In this document: piece by piece, positions 58,901-64,000 of the stretch | How the letters are laid out: each line of letters opens with the position of its first letter | How positions within the stretch are numbered: position 1 is the first letter of the stretch | Assembly: GCF_033153115.1 (NCBI RefSeq) | Contig: NW_026889751.1 | Location: 16,430,001 to 16,494,000, forward strand | Direction: 5' to 3' | DNA: 64,000 nt | Source: Saccostrea echinata | Taxonomy: Eukaryota | The notes under the pieces: model-generated | Told to the model about the DNA's origin: nothing | Database searches by the model: none | What the model saw: only the letters and a program-made list of their open reading frames with translations | Made by a program: the position numbers and the translations under genes

Positions 58901-61900
58901 GGCTGATGTCTACTAAGAAGGTAAGGAGGAGAAGTCACTGAGACTCAGGCTGATGGCTACTCAGAAGGTAAGGGAAGAGAAGTCACTGAGACTCATGCTG
59001 ATGGCTACTCAGAAAGGAAGGTAAGGGAAAGAAGTCACTGAGACTCAGGCTGATGGCTACTCAGAAGGTAAGGAAGAGAAGTCACTGAGACTCAGGCTGA
59101 TGGCTACTCAGAAGGTAAGGAGGAGAAGTCACTGAGACTCAGGCTGATGTATACTCAGAATGTAAGGAGGAGAAGTCACTGAGACTCAGGCTGATGTCTA
59201 CTCAGAAGGTAAGGGACAGAAGTCACTGAGACTCAGGCTGATGGCTACTCAGAAGGTAAGGGAAGAGAAGTCACTGAGATTTAGGCTGATGTCTACTAAG
59301 AAGGTAAGGAGGAGAAGTCACTGAGACTCAGGCTGATGGCTACTCAGAAGGTAAGGAGGAGAAGTCACTGAGACTCAGGCTGATGGCTACTCAGAAGGTA
59401 AGGAGGAGAAGTCACTGAGACTCAGGCTGATGGCTACTCAGAAGGTAAGGAAGAGAAGTCACTGAGACTCAGGCTGATGTCTACTCAGAAGGTAAGGAAG
59501 AGAAGTCACTGAGACTCAAGCTGATGTCTACTCAGAAGGTAAGGAAGAGAAGTCACTGAGACTCAGGCTGATGTCTACTCAGAAAGGAAGGTGAGGGAAG
59601 AGAAGTCATTGAGACTCATGCTGATGTCTACTCAGAAGGTAAGGGAAGAGAAGTCACTGAGACTCAAGCTGATGTCTAATCAGAAGGTAATGGGCTTACT
59701 GAGATCCACTTTCTCCAAATTTTCAGTCAGTATCATCTATTAATAAAATTTTATTTGGAGAAAGTTTTATTCATTTTCCTGATTTATTCTTTTGCAAAAA
59801 CTATAATATTAAATAGAGATGTGATAATAATTTGGTTGCTTCAACCACTTCAGTATTTTGAGGATCAAAATATCAAACATTAAATAACCATGTTTTTTTC
59901 TACTTAAGGCACTCCCTGCAAAATCTGAAAAACTGGATGAAAATGAGAAACTGAAATTTCAAGGAAAACTTCATTGAGATGCATATGTTTTTACATGTAT
60001 ACCTGTTTTGTATTTTACAGGATATGGAAAAAATGGAGGCAGAATTGGTAGAGACAAACGAGAAGCTGGCAGAGAGTGAAAAGTTAAACACAAAGTTACA
60101 GAAAGATTTTGAGAGGGTGGTGGAACTACAACAAAAGGTACCATGATTGATAGCTCTCTTGTTTTAATATGCCTTTTTCCCCTGATCTGAAAAATTCTAT
60201 TGGCTAATGCATCTTTCCTTTGTGTAAAAGTGGGAGGAGTATGAAGCCTCTGACCTGATGACCCCAGAACAACAGAGATCTCACCAAGAAAAACTCACCA
60301 GAACTACCTCAGAAAACCAGGTCTGTTGAAAAATTACTGGAAAGCTTAGATAGGGCTATCAATAGAGACACGATTGTCATATATTTAGTTTTTCTCTAAT
60401 ACTGTAACTTTGGAATTTGCTGATAAACTGTAAATCTGTATTATTTCATTCATATTGTTTCATGGACACACTACAAGTATAATCACATTAAAAATATGCT
60501 TATTTTATCTTGGTTGTCATATACATGTATTTAAAACAGAGTGATTTCTTTATTGATGATGTTCATATTCTAAAGCAATTGATACCATTATGATATCATT
60601 ATCCTATTATAACAATCTTTCAGAGGCTGAAGGACATGAATGATGAACTGACAGCCCAAGTATTGGAGCTTCAGCAACAGATCTACTCCCGAAATAAAAG
60701 TGAGCACTTGGGCAGCCAGACCCCCAATTTCGGGTCACGTATCCCTATCAGGGAGGGGTCCTTCTTGTCAGACTATGTTAAGACCAAACGAGGAGTTCGC
60801 TCCTCTGTGTCCTCAGGTAAAATGCTCTCCTCTGTCCTCATCCACCTATAGATGTGGACTAACAGATCTCTGGGATGTTGTGGCTTTCTCTTGTATGTAT
60901 ATACAAACCACCTAGCACTGTTTACTCCTCTGTACCAACATACAGTATATACACTGAGTGTACAGATTTGTATATATTCTCTACATTTCCTATCACCTGA
61001 TGTATTTTTCCATATATAAGTGTTAAAACCTTTAAAACTACATGTATCTGACAAAAGCACAAAGATTTGAAATTCTGCTTATATATTGAAAGATTTATTA
61101 CAATTTTTTGAGGCTCACTGTCTAGCTTTTTGTCTAAAAACTTCGTTCTATTCATTCTTCAAGATATATATATAAACTTTTGATTTATTCTTTGCCTAAG
61201 TGAATTGCTCAAAATTAGTTGATATTTATGCTGCAGTTATTTTCACTGATATATATATATTTTGAACAAGCAACACTTTTAAACAAGACATTGTTTTGTG
61301 AGAAATGATCAAGGAAGTGTCACAACAACAGAACATGAAAATATAAAAGAAAGCTAAATGATAATATCTTATGATATCTTATTCACTCAATAATGTCAAG
61401 AAACTGTATTGCTTATTCTGGTTAACAGAGAACTCAGAAGATGAGGGTCTGCACATCCCTAACCACCCAGGCAGGGTCCGAAGGCGACTCCCCTTGGCCC
61501 CCGCTGATGATGACGACACTTGTAGTAAGCAATGAATTAAAACTGCTAATGATAAGTAAAAAGTATGCCCATCAAATGTTCTTGTTTGGTTGTAGTAAGT
61601 TGAAGATCACATCTTAACCTTGAAGCTCAAGTGAAATAGTTTGTAATCATATTTGTGATAATGAAAATTGTTAAATTATATTTTGATAAAACTGCACAAA
61701 AAAATGTAAAATGATGTTTAAGTCTTACATATAGGTAAATTGCCATCATAATATATTGACCTGATTCTTCCTGGTTTTTCTGTAGGTGTAAGTAGCATAC
61801 AGAGTGACAGGGACTACATTGAGATCCTGAAGAAAGAAATAACAGATCTGAAGATCCACAATGAGAGGGAAAAGAAGGACCTGGAACAGAGCCACAGGAA

Positions 61901-63359
61901 TGAAATATTACAACTGGAGGAAAAATTCCAAACAGAAAAGGAGGAACTGCAGAAGAGTCACAGGAATGAAATGTTACAGTTGGAGGAAAAATACAAAGGG
62001 GAAAAGGAGGAACTGCAACAGAGTCACAGGAATGAGATCATTAGACTGGAGGAAAAATACCAATCTGAAAAGGAGGAACTAGGACAGAAATTTAAGAAGG
62101 AACAGGTTTGTCAAACTTAATGTCTGGTGCAGAAGTTTGTGTAAAGTGTTGAAAAATGGTATCTCATAAAGTCTCACACCTGCATGGTTTTCTTATTATT
62201 CTTCAGGACAAACTTTTGAAGGAAAATGAGAAAAATCTCCAGAATGACTTTCAAACCAAGATGGAGGAAAAAGAGAGAGAATTTTCCTCTGCACAGAAAG
62301 CAATGGAAGAGGATTTCCAGAAGGAGAAGCAGAAAATCATTGACAGGTAATTCACTGAGATTCTCAAAAGGATGTAATGATACATGTACATAGAAAGGCA
62401 TGGTTAAAAAATATTCTAGAGATACATTATTTTTCAGTTTACAAGAGGAATACAAAAGAGAACTGCAGGCTCAGGTCTCACAAATGGAAAGTGAAAGTAA
62501 AAAAGACAAAGACTTGGAAGTGAAACTAGCATGTTCTTTGGAGGAAATTCAGAAGATGGTGCAAGAGAGAAATGACTTGCAGGAACAATTAGCCTTCCAG
62601 AAGGAGGAATTCTTAGCTCAGTATGAGCAAGAACAGAGTGAACTCAAAGATGAACTCGAGTCCACTTTAATGGGTACTGAAAGTGCAATAAAAAAATTAG
62701 AGACAGAAAAGGTGCAATTGTCTATGAAAATAGAGGACATGTCTCAACAGTTTGAATGGGAAAAGTTAAAAATTCAAGAGGAGTTTGAAAAAGAACTTCA
62801 AAAACAAGAAAATGAATACCGCAGAGATTTACAAGACTTTGAAAATATCTTTGCACAGGTAAGAGTTATAGTCTTTTAATTGAGAGAGTTAAACACACTG
62901 AATTAAAGATTCAAGTTTATTATCATTTACATATATTTCAAAGTATGTGTAGTCTGAAACCTTGATATTTTTTACTCTGGCAGAATGACAAAATGGATTT
63001 ATACATGTATTTGTACATGTAGGTAGAAGGGTTTGAGATATCAAAAACTGCAAAGCCAATGCAATCTAAACATTGAAGCATCCCTGATATTGGGTATAGC
63101 AGTTTTTTGAGAAACTTAAGGTTAATTTTGGTTGTCTGATGTTCTTGCAATTAGCCTACACTTTTATGAAAGCTTAATGTTAAGAAAAAATTGCAGGGAG
63201 AAGTGGCCCTGAAAGGAAAGCTGAGGGACGACTTTTATGAACTTCTGGAAAAGCACAAGAAGGATATAACAGAGACAGAAAAAGAGGCCATGATGAAGGA
63301 TCTTCAGAAGGAGAGGCTGGCAATGGAGAAAGTTTTTGCTCACCAGAAAAATCAGCTTG
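25712..63359 (+). CDS. NIN: Ninein / ninein-like centrosomal EF-hand and coiled-coil protein; 18 coding exons in the window, 3'-incomplete
   Basis: Ninein-family motifs YIAQLKEVFDSCD, PKYVQGNKRYGRRSRP, FEAEGQ, EF-hand LDQDSDGRISFEDF and YQAAFASYQQEI. All GT-AG junctions are phase-consistent. NIN versus NINL cannot be resolved from the sequence alone. Confidence 0.92.
26846..27101 (+). CDS. NIN: Ninein-like coding exon 2
   Basis: tttcag|IDFEHFKENFVNILCQS...ENSPRDTP; donor CTG|GTATTA, phase 1, matching exon 3. Confidence 0.88.
27084..30745 (+). repeat. 42-bp minisatellite (~56 copies) built from the exon-2 end plus splice donor; split by a hAT-like insertion
   Basis: Unit CACCCAGAGACACACCTG|GTATTAAAACATTCCCTACATTTA, with some 40/41-bp variants. 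Confidence 0.97.
27177..28491. mobile_element. Non-autonomous hAT-type element, 1315 bp
   Basis: TIR CAGGGATGGGGT(C)AATT / AATTACCCCATCCCTG, perfect 8-bp target duplication CTATAGAC, and subterminal AATTAC repeats. Confidence 0.92.
30947..31431. mobile_element. Tc1/mariner-type MITE
   Basis: TA|CAGTAAAACTTGGTT ... AAACGAGTTTTACTG|TA. Confidence 0.75.
31558..31805 (+). CDS. NIN: Ninein-like coding exon 3
   Basis: tttacag|(E)FLDLQEEVTPKYVQGNKRYGRRSRP...SKNK|GTAAGC, phase 1 to 0. Confidence 0.92.
32350..33140 (+). mobile_element. HINE-like element with degenerate internal repeats; related copy at ~52666-53695
   Basis: Start TTTAAGCTCTACTGGTCAGAGACC, GTCTGT microsatellite, and repeated CACAAGTAGACTACAC blocks. 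Confidence 0.6.
33256..33837 (+). mobile_element. Helentron-associated non-autonomous element (HINE)
   Basis: TTTTTAGCTCACCTGAG start, (GTCT)n, satellite-like core, end CAGTGAGC...GAGCCTCTTG. Confidence 0.7.
35814..35885 (+). promoter_or_regulatory. Putative TATA promoter and short non-coding first exon of nested sulfotransferase A
   Basis: TATAAAAG from 35814, consensus donor CAG|GTGAGT at 35886, and acceptor ttattttcctgctgctag at 36116, 12 nt before the ATG. Confidence 0.6.
36129..37391 (+). CDS. Galactose-3-O-sulfotransferase family protein A (GAL3ST/galactosylceramide sulfotransferase-like), nested in ninein intron
   Basis: Type II signal anchor VVPVVFFLISLILL, 5'-PSB-like FIKCMKCATQT, EHAIYN, 3'-PB IIREPWNHFKSTFHY, LVMIVEYFDESMIFLKRLMSW, DYKLYDHF. 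Confidence 0.93.
   Translation: MVSTRFIVRKVVPVVFFLISLILLTRRLPLDIRETTPDDSDNKAIEDSAPNSETLFRQDERVGYWNKFVADNIKYKGERDNFVFIKCMKCATQTVAGALRRYAFTRRLNVVLPRDSNIYLGWPYLMDEVDYRPSEEKFNCLIEHAIYNRTIMEPLFPRNTPFITIIREPWNHFKSTFHYFKVDKIVGIKAQDPKEEYLKNIEKYESIYKSHESRPYRYCIPDGFSVTKNLLSHCLGMPLGFPQSRADYSQNEVLANEYIKKLDREFGLVMIVEYFDESMIFLKRLMSWSFKEIVYKKSNVGSYAKDAYPQYIKNIHREWSSVDYKLYDHFREKMELKIQNGGLGFQSELKQFRQILSELNRFCASARRSSRINAKISFKHFTFTGYECAFLGEEVNHLDLLQKRNNAELTEKLKSYKRTC
37998..38625. mobile_element. Tc1/mariner-type MITE
   Basis: TA|CAGGTAACTCTCGAT ... ATCGAGAGTCACCTG|TA with internal ATCTCTCGAA repeats. Confidence 0.85.
38987..39768 (+). mobile_element. HINE with ~4 copies of a ~160-170-bp satellite-like unit
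   Basis: CTCACCTGAGCTGAAAGCT start; AAGAACCACTGGGCCAGAAAAGCTGAAA and GTTCAAATCATGACCCC recur periodically. Confidence 0.8.
41120..42406 (+). CDS. Galactose-3-O-sulfotransferase family protein B, nested in ninein intron; paralogue of 36129-37391
   Basis: Signal anchor FIVFFMLFFVASVYIL, FIKCMKCATET, MEHAIYNRT, IIREPW, LVMIADYFTESLILLKRLMCW; acceptor tttttcttaatag at 41059. Confidence 0.93.
   Translation: MMGRIIMLLWKKRLKFIVFFMLFFVASVYILNVSYLILECSSADANKKWVDIRVNRNGEQTCTEKTNFVFIKCMKCATETMGTIVRRFGLVRNLNFVVPVKNNIYLGWPFLIEDLDYRPSKRPFNILMEHAIYNRTRMAKMMPNNTLYITIIREPWRRLTSSFSYFSLGYIVEPPVNLSVYVRNIQKYDEIYKHPDKKAWRFCFPNGFSLVRNLMAHCLGMPLGFPAGRRDISMNDTAITQYIRELDTQFSLVMIADYFTESLILLKRLMCWTLKDILHHSSNIGKHKLHDILPTDEEFQIYYNFSRIDFIIYEHFNKSFWLKVQKQGPDFFDEVNHFKVVQLLMERFCFIENNASSKGQFLIIPESKFNEELTISSEYCAYMTRYLLQDIRDQYNQVELGGDKTMFWYAKEPEKGELPKRGCSFPLP
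43276..43369. repeat. Near-perfect 94-bp palindrome (mini-MITE)
   Basis: CAGTCTAATTAAAATTAGCCCCTAC...TTATTATTTGTTATGC / GCATAACAAATAATAA...GTAGGGGCTAATTTTAATTAGACTG. Confidence 0.9.
43396..44105 (-). mobile_element. 5'-truncated non-LTR retrotransposon (CR1/L2-group ORF2 C-terminus)
   Basis: ORF 43546-44049 has LRISAHPLYIETGRY...REKRLCYSC...EDEKHFVLYC (RT C-terminal CCHC region); (GAATT)n tail; possible GATATTC target duplication. Confidence 0.85.
47114..47219 (+). CDS. NIN: Ninein-like coding exon 4
   Basis: ttttag|DDEETGDPGSPRR...EMFEAE G|GTGAGA, phase 0 to 1. Confidence 0.88.
47721..49016 (-). mobile_element. Near full-length (1.3 kb) mariner transposon with disrupted DD34D transposase
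   Basis: ~30-bp TIR GGGCATTTCAAAAGTTCTGGCAACTGGT with TA flanks. Motifs CARWVSHLL, TGDETWI, LHDNAPAH and HPPYSPDLAPCDF are split by stops and frameshifts. Confidence 0.93.
51495..51664 (+). CDS. NIN: Ninein-like coding exon 5 (EF-hand-like)
   Basis: ttttag|(G)QMNLN...LRNIWKTLNVGRGGYITAQELGQVCDHIGMEMNKN|GTTAGC. Confidence 0.9.
51863..52140 (+). CDS. NIN: Ninein-like coding exon 6 (EF-hand)
   Basis: tgcag|ELQQLFDRLDQDSDGRISFEDF...LFTVLDTEHT GG|GTACAT, phase 0 to 2. Confidence 0.92.
52490..52562 (+). CDS. NIN: Ninein-like coding exon 7
   Basis: tgtag|FAMPDSIIDLWEKYSITDGADILL|GTAAGT. Confidence 0.88.
54060..54202 (+). CDS. NIN: Ninein-like coding exon 8
   Basis: ttaacag|ALGFDLVTRISLLDLSYLLEQEM...YQAAFASYQQEIIHI AA|GTAGGA; duplicate acceptor 40 nt upstream. 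Confidence 0.88.
54371..54511 (+). CDS. NIN: Ninein-like coding exon 9
   Basis: tttcag|SSLEQQ...LLAKEVDERH...EKKL AG|GTAAGG. Confidence 0.9.
55180..56910 (+). mobile_element. HINE-like element interrupted by a TIR element
   Basis: GAAGATTCAGGGGCACATAATTTTTGGTCTGTCTGTC start and GGCATCAGTGTTTCACAAACA end. The host phrase GAAAAACTT|AACCTTGGCCATAAC is split by the insert. Confidence 0.7.
55392..56714. mobile_element. Non-autonomous TIR element (~60-bp TIRs)
   Basis: TCGCAAATCTCGCTTGAAAGTATACTCTACGAC...GTTGCGTTGAGTG / CACTCAACGCAAC...GTCGTAGCGTATACTTTCAAGCAAGATTTGCGA. Confidence 0.85.
56995..57073. repeat. ~30-bp tandem repeat, ~2.6 copies
   Basis: TAGACTTTTGTTACCT(T)AAGTAAACCTTCC. Confidence 0.85.
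58090..58252 (+). CDS. NIN: Ninein-like coding exon 10
   Basis: attag|SIEKKYQEQLRGLQTELEQER...EKSLRFRLMSTQK|GTAAGG, phase 2 to 0. Confidence 0.9.
58214..59690 (+). repeat. 47/48-bp minisatellite (~31 copies) built from the exon-10 end plus splice donor
   Basis: Unit GAGAAGTCACTGAGACTCAGGCTGATG(T/G)CTACTCAGAAG|GTAAGG(G)A(A/G). Confidence 0.97.
60021..60137 (+). CDS. NIN: Ninein-like coding exon 11
   Basis: ttttacag|DMEKMEAELVETNEKL...ELQQK|GTACCA. Confidence 0.9.
60231..60320 (+). CDS. NIN: Ninein-like coding exon 12
   Basis: AAG acceptor after CTAAT and a pyrimidine tract; WEEYEASDLMTPEQQ...TSENQ|GTCTGT; 90 nt, phase 0/0. Confidence 0.75.
60624..60816 (+). CDS. NIN: Ninein-like coding exon 13
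   Basis: tttcag|RLKDMNDELTAQVLELQQQ...RSSVSS G|GTAAAA. Confidence 0.88.
61429..61524 (+). CDS. NIN: Ninein-like coding exon 14
   Basis: aacag|(E)NSEDEGLHIPNHPGRVRRRLPL...DDTC A|GTAAGC, phase 1/1. Confidence 0.82.
61786..62105 (+). CDS. NIN: Ninein-like coding exon 15 (22-aa coiled-coil repeats)
   Basis: tgtag|(S)VSSIQSDRDYIEILKKE...KFKKEQ|GTTTGT. Confidence 0.88.
62207..62346 (+). CDS. NIN: Ninein-like coding exon 16
   Basis: cttcag|DKLLKENEK...KQKIID AG|GTAATT. Confidence 0.88.
62438..62858 (+). CDS. NIN: Ninein-like coding exon 17
   Basis: ttttcag|LQEEYKRELQ...FENIFAQ|GTAAGA. Confidence 0.9.
63197..63359 (+). CDS. NIN: Ninein-like coding exon 18 (gene continues beyond the window)
   Basis: ttgcag|GEVALKGKLRDDFYELLEKHKK...KNQL G|GTAAAA. 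Confidence 0.82.
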
Positions 63360-64000
63360 GTAAAAATTGTAGATGACTTAGCACAAGTTATGCCTCTTTT
63401 GTAAAATGGATTCTTCTCAAATCATGGTTTCACACAATGTCACAGGTACTTGTGGACAGTGGACTACCCTCACTCATCTCGAAAACTTAAGCGGAATTAA
63501 ATTCTAATGAATCAATTTCAACTTCTTTATCAAAATTTTCCCGAACTTTTTCGTAGACCTCTGGCTTTTCCCTCAATTCTATAACACTCGGAACTCGAGA
63601 GTTACACGCTAGGTGTCGTTTTTGCATCACTTCCGTAATTTCTACTCTGACATTTCCCAATCTTGTAGCGTTTTTCACGTTTGACGATGAATACTCGGAT
63701 TATTGTGGAATGCCTGGACAATTAAATAGCACGATTAAAGACAAAAATATCTACCGAAACAAGATATAATGACACATTTTGGTGACATGTAGTAGGTATA
63801 TGATATTTTAGGCCCGATATCCAAGAGGGGTCCAGTGTTAACAAATGGAAGTGACTTACCTTCTCTATTTTATAATACCGCTGGTATGATTTTTTAGTAA
63901 AACGTTAATTCTGCGTTATTTTTTGGATTTTTCATATGGAGTACATTGTAAATGTGTACTAGAAGAATGGTTTATGAAAAAAAAGACATAAAATATTTTT

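Noticed and set aside
58214-59690. CRISPR or standalone coding repeat
   Set aside because: The units are contiguous without spacers, and the 47-bp units break the frame.

Overview
AT-rich eukaryotic genomic DNA, most likely an oyster-like bivalve judging from its SINE, Helentron-derived and MITE repertoire (inference). There is one assembly gap at 603-744. Genes: (1) an uncharacterised 511-aa protein with an MGCSSS lipidation signal (+, 1649-3184); (2) a CREBZF/Zhangfei-like bZIP factor (-, 6981-7940); (3) a possible decayed EGF/transmembrane receptor relic at about 9.6-11.4 kb; (4) a large ninein-family gene (+), for which I assembled 18 phase-consistent coding exons from 25712 to 63359, still open at the window end. 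Two galactose-3-O-sulfotransferase-family genes with uninterrupted coding sequences lie on the same strand inside the 15-kb third coding intron of the ninein-family gene. The most unusual pattern is that the ninein gene's own splice sites have been tandemly copied several times independently. A ~56-copy 42-bp array and a ~31-copy 47/48-bp array each consist of exon end plus 5' donor, a 40-bp duplication copies a 3' acceptor, and a decayed copy follows a further donor. In the three clear cases only the native site keeps the reading frame. The introns and intergenic DNA also hold many nested transposable elements.
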